64,000 nt of DNA from Candidatus Moraniibacteriota bacterium (GTDB taxonomy: Bacteria; Patescibacteriota; Minisyncoccia; Moranbacterales; UBA1568). Below, in pieces: positions 1 to 7,691 of this stretch (position 1 is the first letter of the stretch; each line of letters begins with the position of its first letter). The notes below the pieces were generated by a model. The model was not told where the DNA came from. It was given only the letters and a program-made list of their open reading frames with translations, and did no database searches. Made by a program: the position numbers and the translations under genes. Location of the stretch: the NCBI GenBank assembly GCA_023261645.1, contig JAHFOO010000001.1, positions 3,871 to 67,870 of the forward strand. Direction: 5' to 3'.

Positions 1-1185
1 AACGATATCGCCGATTTCTGCCAGAGCGAGTGCTTTATGGATCGCTTCGCGCCGATCAAAAATACGAAAATAATCTTTGTCTTTCTTCTTTGTTACACCT
101 TTCTCGATATCATCGATGATCTGCTGTGCATCCTCATGATACGGGTCTTCGTTCGTAAGGATGATAATGTCAGCATAGCTGGAAGCGATTTCTCCCATCT
201 TCGGACGTTTGCCTCGATCGCGTTCCCCACAAGCGCCGAAAACATGAATGATTTTCGTACCAGGAATCTTGAGTGGGAGAATCGATGCGTACAACTTTTC
301 AAAAGCGTCCGGTGTCACGGCATAATCGATGATAATATCGGCTTTCTTCTCGTTCGGTACGAGTTCCATCCTCCCTGGTACACCGGCAATACTTTCCAGA
401 GCCTCTCTTGCAAGAGAGAAATCGATATCAAGCAACTGCGCCACACCGAGAGCCGCCAAAGCATTTTCGATATTGAATAATCCAGGAAGGTGCAGGTGAA
501 AATGCTCTTCATCAACCGTGAAATCGGTTCCTTTGAAATCAAGTTCGATGTGTTCTGCGAACAAATGCGCATTCGGATCTTTCGTACTATAAAAAAGTGT
601 CTGCTTTTCTTCACGAACACGGAAATAATCAGGGTTTTCCATATCCAGGTTGATGACCGCCCGCTTGGCCGAACGAAATAAGCGACTCTTGGCAAATCGG
701 TATGCCGACATCGTTTTATGATAATCCAGATGTTCGCGTGTGACATTGGTCATCACTGCGATGGCATACGATATCCCCCACACCCGATGTTGATCGAGAG
801 CGTGCGAGGATGTTTCGATGACAGCGTACTCACAGCCGGTACGGACCGCTTCTCGCAAAAACTTCTGCAATTCCCATGCCGAAAGCGTAGTCAATTTCGA
901 GGCATTCACCCATTTTTTTTCTCCTATCTGAAAATTTATCGTTGAGGCTATGGCCACTTTCTTCCCGGCTCGTTCCAAGATGCGGGCGATAAGCTGTGTC
1001 GTCGTTGTCTTGCCATTGGTTCCGGTCACACCGATTACTTGCATTTTCTTTCTGGTCTTGTCTATCGGATGATGCTGAAAGTCGTAAGCAGGAAAACCAA
1101 AACACATACAGGCGATAACGGCTTGCATCAGATGATACTGATTCTTCAGACTTTGTGGAATGATTTTTGAGAGGAAATGTTTCAT
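1..1185 (-). CDS. Mur ligase family protein (MurE-like UDP-N-acetylmuramoyl-tripeptide ligase), truncated by the window edge
   Basis: Absent from the ORF track because it runs off the window start. The minus-strand frame is open from 1185 to 1. Translation MKHFLSKIIPQSLKNQYHLMQ...KKMQVIGVTGTNGKTTTTQLIARILERAGKKVAIAST carries the Mur-ligase P-loop. Later come DYAVTPDAF and LTNEDPYHEDAQQI, which resemble the MurE DNPR region. The start overlaps the stop of the upstream FemAB gene by 4 nt (ATGA). Confidence 0.7.
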   Translation of the reverse strand, partial: MKHFLSKIIPQSLKNQYHLMQAVIACMCFGFPAYDFQHHPIDKTRKKMQVIGVTGTNGKTTTTQLIARILERAGKKVAIASTINFQIGEKKWVNASKLTTLSAWELQKFLREAVRTGCEYAVIETSSHALDQHRVWGISYAIAVMTNVTREHLDYHKTMSAYRFAKSRLFRSAKRAVINLDMENPDYFRVREEKQTLFYSTKDPNAHLFAEHIELDFKGTDFTVDEEHFHLHLPGLFNIENALAALGVAQLLDIDFSLAREALESIAGVPGRMELVPNEKKADIIIDYAVTPDAFEKLYASILPLKIPGTKIIHVFGACGERDRGKRPKMGEIASSYADIIILTNEDPYHEDAQQIIDDIEKGVTKKKDKDYFRIFDRREAIHKALALAEIGDIV

Positions 1186-2195
1186 CGAAATATATTGAGA
1201 GAACTGATGATATTTTTTGAATGACGAAGAAAATTATAAAAGAAATATGCTCCGGAATCAAGAACGATATCATACGTGCCTGGATATATCGTCGATTGTG
1301 TCTGTGGCGAAAATCCTGCTTTGAATCTCGTAATTCCGTTCCAATCATTCTTGTTCATCGCTGATTGTCGATCGTTTGCTGTTTTCACTCCGCCAAAATC
1401 GTAAAAGTGATAGCTTCGTGCTTTCGCCACCTTGATCTGCTCCCATTGCAAAAGATACGGTGCCATGACATCACGGTGCTCATCAGCAGTACCACCATGC
1501 AAATAGGTGACGATGTCGCCGTAAAAAATAACGATGTTGGCAGCAATGGTCACTCCCTTGTATTCAGCCACAAACAAACGACACATTTCTTCTGGTAGCG
1601 TTGTGAAAAACTTTTTATAATACTCTCTCGAATGTGAAACAATCCCCTTGCGTCCGGATGTCGCCGTGATGAGATCAAGAAACGCTGCGATATATTTTTC
1701 TTCCCGCGTTTCAAAGACGTTCACACCACGTTTCTCAGCCAGGCGGATATTGTAACGGGTCTTCGACTTCATCTGAGCCAAAAGTATATTCTCATCTTTC
1801 ATGATATCCATCACAAGCGTTTCTTTTGGTTGCATAGTATGAGGGGATTGTACCACTTTTCCACCACATACTTCTTCGATTTCTCGAAGAATCTCTTTGT
1901 TCTTCGGTTCGATCCGTATCCATTTTGCATTCTTCTCTTTTGCTAAAGCAACGAGTTTTTGCAAGTTCTCCTTTTGTCGTTCATTGTCTACCGATTGTTG
2001 ATTATTGATGACTATCGGTCCTCGCGGTATATACAGATACTTTCCTACCAATGGAAGCTGGTGGATAATTCCATTCGCCGAGAAATCATCGGATGAAAAT
2101 CGTATGGTCTCTCTCCCTACTGATGTCTGAAAAGCAAGCCAGTTTTCAGATTGGAGAAACTCCTGTGTGTGATTCATTTCTTTCATTCTTCTCAT
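1182..2195 (-). CDS. FemAB-family peptidoglycan interpeptide-bridge aminoacyltransferase
   Basis: KTRYNIRLAEKRGV, HGGTADEHRDVMAPYLLQWEQIKVAKARSYHFYDFGGV and GITRFKAGF match FemABX hallmark blocks. The track start (TTG at 2216) is probably too far upstream; the first ATG (MRRMKEM) is at 2195. Confidence 0.7.
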   Translation of the reverse strand: MRRMKEMNHTQEFLQSENWLAFQTSVGRETIRFSSDDFSANGIIHQLPLVGKYLYIPRGPIVINNQQSVDNERQKENLQKLVALAKEKNAKWIRIEPKNKEILREIEEVCGGKVVQSPHTMQPKETLVMDIMKDENILLAQMKSKTRYNIRLAEKRGVNVFETREEKYIAAFLDLITATSGRKGIVSHSREYYKKFFTTLPEEMCRLFVAEYKGVTIAANIVIFYGDIVTYLHGGTADEHRDVMAPYLLQWEQIKVAKARSYHFYDFGGVKTANDRQSAMNKNDWNGITRFKAGFSPQTQSTIYPGTYDIVLDSGAYFFYNFLRHSKNIISSLNIFR

Positions 2196-2198
2196 TTT

Positions 2199-2217
2199 CT
2201 GCCTGCCGGCAGACAAG
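2199..2217. repeat. GC-rich palindromic intergenic repeat, copy 1 (CTGCCTGCCGGCAGACAAG)
   Basis: Core palindrome CTGCCGGCAG. 22 of 24 nt are identical to the copy at 19565. Lies in the 5' leader of the fem gene. Confidence 0.5.
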
Positions 2218-2787
2218 TTACTTGCCCAGATTCTTCAGCGCCTGACGGATACGCTTACTGACATCCGTAATATCCGCCGGCACGAGCTTGAGTGCTTCGC
2301 GTGCTTCCGTGACAGAATAACCGAGCGACGTGAGAGCGAGAATAGTGTCCTGTCCTGAAAGAGCTGTGGCTTGATCTTCAATATTTACAGCATCCACTTT
2401 ATTTTGCAATTCCACGATGACTCGCTCGGCAGTCTTCTTGCCCACGCCCGACACACGAGTGAGAATGCTCGGATCTTTGTTCACGATAGCCGTACAGATT
2501 GTCTTCACATCAGCGATGGAAAGAATAGAAAGTGCCACTTTCGGTCCGACACCGGAAATAGAAATGAGAAGTTCGAACATCGTCAGTTCTTCTTCATTCA
2601 AAAATCCATAGAGTGCCAACATATCTTCCCTCACGTGGGTATGAATATGGAAAAGGACCTGTTCCTGACCGGCTACTTTTCCCAAAGTATAAGCAGAAAC
2701 AGCCACTCTGTAACCGACACCGCCAACCATAAGAATGACAGCGTTTCCTTTTATTCCGGCAATTTTCCCTTCGAGTTGAGCAATCAT
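2218..2787 (-). CDS. ruvA: Holliday junction DNA helicase RuvA
   Basis: MIAQLEGKI...GVGYRV...ISGVGPKVALSILS (helix-hairpin-helix) and a C-terminal RuvB-interaction domain. Full-length RuvA architecture. Confidence 0.9.
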   Translation of the reverse strand: MIAQLEGKIAGIKGNAVILMVGGVGYRVAVSAYTLGKVAGQEQVLFHIHTHVREDMLALYGFLNEEELTMFELLISISGVGPKVALSILSIADVKTICTAIVNKDPSILTRVSGVGKKTAERVIVELQNKVDAVNIEDQATALSGQDTILALTSLGYSVTEAREALKLVPADITDVSKRIRQALKNLGK

Positions 2788-3015
2788 ACAGATAGATTTT
2801 TCCGCCAGTTTGCGGATTCGTTGGTTGATAGCTTTTTAGCTTCAGAAGAGAGATTCTTACCAAAAAAGCCTTTCCATTGTAACATAACCACTCTCGCTCT
2901 CAAACAAGGAGACCCTTGCCAAAACACCACAGACATGCTAAAAAGAATAAGTCTCAGTATCCCCTTTTGTTTTCATCTCTAATCAGACACTAACAGCTAA
3001 TCTCGTTCAAGTATT

Positions 3016-3288
3016 ATGCCAATCAAGAAAGCCGCCAAGAAGTATATGCGCGTTACCGCCAAAAAAACGGTTCGCAACAAAATAGTCAATGGTGTTGTAA
3101 AAAGCGCCATCAAAAAGACTCATGAGGCTGTCACTGCCGGTAAAATCGATGAGGCACAAAAAACCCTCAAAGAAGCCATCAAAGCACTCGATAAAGCAGC
3201 TCAGAAAAAAATCATCAAGAAAAACACCGCTGCCCGAAAAAAATCCCGTCTCAACTCACTCGTGAAAGCGGCCGCCATCAAGAAATAA
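3016..3288 (+). CDS. rpsT: 30S ribosomal protein S20
   Basis: MPIKKAAKKYMRVTAKKTVRNK... is lysine/alanine-rich with the S20 pattern. About 90 aa. Confidence 0.9.
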   Translation: MPIKKAAKKYMRVTAKKTVRNKIVNGVVKSAIKKTHEAVTAGKIDEAQKTLKEAIKALDKAAQKKIIKKNTAARKKSRLNSLVKAAAIKK

Positions 3289-3304
3289 CTCTCTTCAACG
3301 AAAC

Positions 3305-3332
3305 AAAACTCCTCATTCTGAGGAGTTTTTTG
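3305..3332 (+). terminator. Rho-independent terminator after rpsT
   Basis: A 9-bp stem (AACTCCTCA / TGAGGAGTT) followed by TTTTTT. Confidence 0.5.
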
Positions 3333-3343
3333 TTATTACCGAA

Positions 3344-3365
3344 CCCTGTCTGTCGACAGGCAGGG
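3344..3365. repeat. GC-rich palindromic intergenic repeat, copy 2 (CCCTGTCTGTCGACAGGCAGGG)
   Basis: Near-perfect 22-bp palindrome with core CTGTCGACAG. Confidence 0.55.
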
Positions 3366-3461
3366 AAGTGAGTGAAGCGAAAGTTTACTTTCGTTTCCGA
3401 GCGAGTGCCGGTAAAATCGGGGAATACCCGTTATTTGTTTTCTGCCGGTTATTAATTGTCA

Positions 3462-4427
3462 TCAAAACTTCCAAATGAAAAGATCAAGTGCCACAGAAGG
3501 ATTTATACCGCCACGTTTCAGCTCCATATCAAATAAAGAAAGCATCATCAGCCCTCGCTTGATACGATTGATGGAAAAATTATGTATGATTCCGAGCATT
3601 TTTTGAACCACGAATGGTGGCAACTTCGTTCGTAAAGCGATGTCAGAAGCGCGGAGTATCCCTTTATCGAATGATTCCCTCACCAAAAGAAGCCGTCTCG
3701 CCTGCCATGCGCACATCGAAAGAAGAGGGTAGACTCCATCTGCACCTCCCGCTTCACGATGGAAGAGTACCAATGACCTTTTCTTGTCTCCACGTCCCAG
3801 GGCATCAAGTGCTTCAAAGATAGCATTCTCCGAAATGCTTCCAACAAGAAGATGGATGTCTTCCTCCTCAAAAACACCTCCAGGTTTGAATGTCGCGAGT
3901 TTCTCCAGTTCCCTTCGGATACGCGCCGTGTCCAAACCGATAGATACGCCAAATATCTGAAGCGCTTCACGAGAGAAACGAGCCTCAGTATCGATTGTTG
4001 CCAGTTCACGTTTGATATAGGCATTTTTATTTTTCTCTTCCAATTTCTCAAAGATTTCCTCCTTGTCGACACATCGTGCGAGCACTTTCGCAAGAGGATG
4101 TGTCTTTTTTATTTTCCCCGGATGAACGAAAAGAAGTGTCACTTCGGTCTCATTTTTTTCTGTAAAGTCTTTGAGAAAATCAAGCAGAAGTTTTTCTGAT
4201 ACTTCTCCAAGTTCAAATGGATGAAGAAAAACAACCATCTTCTTCGAAGTGAAGAGACTTTCTCCACACGTCGACAGACTGCGACGCACATCATCGGGGG
4301 TTCCTTGATCTTCAAAATCGAAAACAAAAATCTCCGCCTCCGGATATTTTCGTGTGAAGGCTTTTTGCAGGATACTTCGTCGTTCATTGACAAGAAAACC
4401 ATCTCCACCGTGTAGAAATAAAATCAT
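3462..4427 (-). CDS. holA: DNA polymerase III delta subunit
   Basis: N-terminus MILFLHGGDGFLVNERRSILQKAF has the delta-subunit pattern. About 320 aa with an alpha-helical C-terminal domain. Confidence 0.65.
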   Translation of the reverse strand: MILFLHGGDGFLVNERRSILQKAFTRKYPEAEIFVFDFEDQGTPDDVRRSLSTCGESLFTSKKMVVFLHPFELGEVSEKLLLDFLKDFTEKNETEVTLLFVHPGKIKKTHPLAKVLARCVDKEEIFEKLEEKNKNAYIKRELATIDTEARFSREALQIFGVSIGLDTARIRRELEKLATFKPGGVFEEEDIHLLVGSISENAIFEALDALGRGDKKRSLVLFHREAGGADGVYPLLSMCAWQARRLLLVRESFDKGILRASDIALRTKLPPFVVQKMLGIIHNFSINRIKRGLMMLSLFDMELKRGGINPSVALDLFIWKF

Positions 4428-4526
4428 AAAACAAATACCATCTAACAGTTAACTGAAAACGAGTAATGACTCTATTATACACGCTAAACAAAAAGCAGGC
4501 ACTCGCCCGCTTTTTGTTTGACTGCC

Positions 4527-4545
4527 CGCCTGTCCGGTAGGCAGG
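4527..4545. repeat. GC-rich palindromic intergenic repeat, copy 3 (degenerate; CGCCTGTCCGGTAGGCAGG followed by a T-run)
   Basis: CCTGYC...GRCAGG arms around a CCGG core, followed by TTTTTT. Confidence 0.4.
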
Positions 4546-4560
4546 TTTTTTGTTGACTGC

Positions 4561-5694
4561 TTACTGAACTGGTTCCCACTTCAGCGCTTGTCCTGGCTCG
4601 AGAACTTCCACCCACATCTGCCCTGGAACGAAAGCCACCTCATTGCCTGATTCATCGAAAAATGTAAGCTTGCTCGCGATATCGGATTTATCTTTTTTCC
4701 ATGTACCACGATATTGCTGTCCGTTCATATAATAGAAAGCATCTCCACTATCCGTTTGGTCATACCAAGGATCACCGAGTTGTACATTGTTGTACTGCCC
4801 TTCGATCTGGGTGGACTGTGCCATGAGAACGATCACATTTTTCGGAGCATTGCGTTTTTTGTTGTTCCGATCGATATCAGGAACATTCCCCCATGTACGA
4901 AGATAACTGTTGGTTTCACGATCATAATCATACTCTACAGCGAACGGTCCAGCAAAAGCTACTCGCAGGTGTCCGCCCTGAGGCCGACTCTCCAGAGGTG
5001 CCTCTGCGATGTGTTTGTATCCGGAGAATTTGTTTTCCAAACTATACCCGAACTCCTTCGCACAAGCGAGCAAATCTGCAGGATGGCTATATCCGCTATC
5101 CACTCCACGTGCCATACCCTCTTTTCGGAAACAAGGATTGTTTGTACAGGCATTGGCCGATTTCCCGGCGTCTCCATTGCAGTTGATGTTCTCTATTTCT
5201 CCGCGATCGAGAATGCCTTTGGCAAGCCCGACCGAATCACTGTCGGAATGTGATTCCGATCGTCCCCACGAAACGAAGATAGCATCCAGACCCTTAGCCA
5301 GATCGATGAAATCATGCCGGGCACTCCGCATCGATCCTACCTCGGCAGGCGTTCCACAGATATACACAGCCATCAATCGAGTCACGCTCGCGGTAATGAC
5401 CGGCATTTCTATGACCATATCCGCTTCAGAAAAACCGGCGGCTGGTCGGGCTGCCACATCTCCTGGTTGCATTATTGCCAAGGGGCGACGATTCCAATTC
5501 TCGCACGGCAAACCGGAAATCGGGCTGACATTTCCCTCATTGAGCGGACCGGTCGAGACTGTTGGCAAGGACTGATTCTTGTTGTTCAGTTCAATCGGCT
5601 TACGCATCCCCCTGTTTCCGAAGAAGAAATAGCTTATGATTCCAACTAGCACGATAGCAATCGCGAGAATGATTATTTTTTGACGCTTTTCCAT
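4561..5694 (-). CDS. DUF3048-family secreted/lipoprotein (YerB-like)
   Basis: N-terminal TM/signal segment, then LAIMQPGDVAARPAAGFSEADMVIEMPV, which resembles the DUF3048 N-domain. Confidence 0.5.
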   Translation of the reverse strand: MEKRQKIIILAIAIVLVGIISYFFFGNRGMRKPIELNNKNQSLPTVSTGPLNEGNVSPISGLPCENWNRRPLAIMQPGDVAARPAAGFSEADMVIEMPVITASVTRLMAVYICGTPAEVGSMRSARHDFIDLAKGLDAIFVSWGRSESHSDSDSVGLAKGILDRGEIENINCNGDAGKSANACTNNPCFRKEGMARGVDSGYSHPADLLACAKEFGYSLENKFSGYKHIAEAPLESRPQGGHLRVAFAGPFAVEYDYDRETNSYLRTWGNVPDIDRNNKKRNAPKNVIVLMAQSTQIEGQYNNVQLGDPWYDQTDSGDAFYYMNGQQYRGTWKKDKSDIASKLTFFDESGNEVAFVPGQMWVEVLEPGQALKWEPVQ

Positions 5695-5748
5695 AGATAC
5701 AAATTATGTATATTAAAAAATTTCACAAAAAAATTCGAAACGATAGTA

Positions 5749-6600
5749 TCATTTTTGACAATACGGACAGTAAAAAACACTCCGCTGTCCGATTTTCTTT
5801 CGTACTATCATTGTACCACATTTTTTACAAGGTTTGTCGCTCCGACCATATACATACAACGTCTGCTGGAAACGTCCTTCCAGTCCGTCCGTATCACGAA
5901 AATCCCCATCGCTCATCCCGCGGAGTTTCAGTGCCTGACGCAATACTTTCTTTATCGCCGGTACCAAGAGAGGCCATTCATCTTTCGTCAGTGTTTCGAG
6001 AGGGCGTGTCGGGAGCATTCTTGCGAGGAACAAGGCTTCGCTCCGGTAGATATTGCCGATTCCGGCAATGATATTCTGATCGAGAAGAATCACACCGATC
6101 ATTTGTTTCTTTTTTCCTGAAAGCGCTTTCCTCAGATACTTCTCGGTGAATTTCGTTGACAAGGCATCGATGCCGAGCGAGATGATGCTTGCAAGCGTTT
6201 CAACTTCATCTGTTTTCACCGTGCGAAGCCAACCGAATTTCCGCATATCGGAAAACTCGAGCGTTGTGCCATCAGTAAAAGTAATGATGTGATGAATATA
6301 ACCATTCACAGGGTCCTCGGTAAACGCTTGTGCTGTGCGGTTGGTTTTATTCTTTACCAGAAAATGTCCCGTCATCTTCAGATGCGCGACAATAGAATAG
6401 TCATTATCGAGGTCGATGATGATATGCTTGCCATAGCGTCGCGTCCCCGTGATACGCGCTCCTCTGATCTGCTTCGCAAACACCGCGAAAGAAGGGAAGA
6501 TTCTTTTCTTCCAATCGCTCCATACGGCTTGTATCTGCTCTCCAACAATCTTTTGTTCAAGCTGAGAAACAACCGTTTGGACTTCAGGTAATTCTGGCAT
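5749..6600 (-). CDS. mutM: Formamidopyrimidine-DNA glycosylase (Fpg/MutM)
   Basis: MPELPEVQ N-terminus (the catalytic Pro2 after Met). C-terminal zinc finger CKKCGTMIVRKKIGQRSVFYCPYCQ. The track ORF begins 11 codons upstream at a non-canonical start. Confidence 0.85.
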   Translation of the reverse strand: MPELPEVQTVVSQLEQKIVGEQIQAVWSDWKKRIFPSFAVFAKQIRGARITGTRRYGKHIIIDLDNDYSIVAHLKMTGHFLVKNKTNRTAQAFTEDPVNGYIHHIITFTDGTTLEFSDMRKFGWLRTVKTDEVETLASIISLGIDALSTKFTEKYLRKALSGKKKQMIGVILLDQNIIAGIGNIYRSEALFLARMLPTRPLETLTKDEWPLLVPAIKKVLRQALKLRGMSDGDFRDTDGLEGRFQQTLYVYGRSDKPCKKCGTMIVRKKIGQRSVFYCPYCQK

Positions 6601-6626
6601 AAAAAGGTGGGTTAGTGGGTGAGGTA

Positions 6627-6655
6627 TTGACAAGATAATAAAAAAGTGCTATAGT
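6627..6655 (+). promoter_or_regulatory. Sigma-70-like promoter (TTGACA, 17 nt, TATAGT) for the dksA-like gene
   Basis: TTGACAagataataaaaaagtgcTATAGT lies 27 nt upstream of the ATG at 6682. Confidence 0.4.
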
Positions 6656-6681
6656 TCGATTCCTCAAACAACAAGGAGTAT

Positions 6682-6954
6682 ATGATGTTCAGTCAAGAAT
6701 TCCTTGATAGAATGATGAGTGATCTCATCTTCCGGAGAACCTCAAAAGAGAAAATCTTGGATGAGAGAGGACAACAGTCCTTGTCTCACTCCTACAAAGA
6801 TTTACAACGTATTGACTTCGCTCTCCGAAGAATGGAGCAAGGGCAGTACGGACTCTGCACCAATTGCGGTTGCAACATCGAAATAGAACGGTTGGAAATC
6901 ATTCCAGAAACTCCTTTCTGTTCACGATGTGCAGAGGAAATAGAGTCTCATTAG
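6682..6954 (+). CDS. DksA/TraR-family C4-type zinc-finger protein
   Basis: CTNCGCNIEIERLEIIPETPFCSRC is a CxxC...CxxC finger in the DksA/TraR arrangement. About 90 aa. Confidence 0.6.
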   Translation: MMFSQEFLDRMMSDLIFRRTSKEKILDERGQQSLSHSYKDLQRIDFALRRMEQGQYGLCTNCGCNIEIERLEIIPETPFCSRCAEEIESH

Positions 6955-7003
6955 CCAAATGCAAACGCGTTTGGCTTTTTTTATTTTTTATGTACAAGAA
7001 TTT

Positions 7004-7657
7004 TTAGTGTACTTTCTTCGCTTCTTTGTTTTTTATATAATGCCGAACGATGAAGGATATTTTCTGATCATCGAGACGTTCTCGTTCTTGCTCGGTCAAC
7101 AGTTTTTCTGGGAAATATTGTACCGGAAATCGGAAGGAGATCATTTCTATATCTTCAAACGAAATTTTCCCTTTTCCTTTCAAAGAAACTTCTGCTGTTT
7201 CTTTTTTCGCATCCCATAGACTGGAATCTTTTTCCAGAGGTTGCAGTGAGGTGAGGTGGTCTCGTTTGAAAACGATGACGACTTTCACTATTGCTCCGAC
7301 TTCTTTCCCTGAAAATCCCTCTGCCATAGCAACGCGAAAGCCTTTCCTTGAGGCCATCTTGCACATGTTCGCTCTATCGCTATGGTTATCAATATCGATA
7401 TCCTGACCCGTTACCAGAGAGTCGATCACTTTCTGAAAGGACTCGCTTCGACACAAGAGGGATTGTTCCTGAAAAATATCTGAAACGGCATTCGCTTCAG
7501 CAAGATTGAGACCAGCGCTCTGCAAATCAGACTCGATGTCTTCAAAAACAGTACCAATCTCAGTCTTAGCCAGACTGAGATTCTTCAACATCCCACTCAG
7601 CCTCGCAGATTCTGTTTCCTTGTGAAAAGAAAAATCATTTCCTTCGAATGTATTCAT
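7004..7657 (-). CDS. Hypothetical protein
   Basis: 217-aa ORF, well delimited between the dksA-like gene and polA. No family recognised. Confidence 0.4.
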   Translation of the reverse strand: MNTFEGNDFSFHKETESARLSGMLKNLSLAKTEIGTVFEDIESDLQSAGLNLAEANAVSDIFQEQSLLCRSESFQKVIDSLVTGQDIDIDNHSDRANMCKMASRKGFRVAMAEGFSGKEVGAIVKVVIVFKRDHLTSLQPLEKDSSLWDAKKETAEVSLKGKGKISFEDIEMISFRFPVQYFPEKLLTEQERERLDDQKISFIVRHYIKNKEAKKVH

Positions 7658-7691
7658 AACGCTGTCACTAATATATCAAGTTTTCTCTCTT

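Noticed and set aside
37-1348. Track ORFs 37..480(+), 93..302(-), 315..746(-) and 830..1348(-) at the window start
   Set aside because: All are alternative frames overlapping the real Mur-ligase gene. That gene runs off the window edge, so it is missing from the track. Their translations have no recognisable family features.
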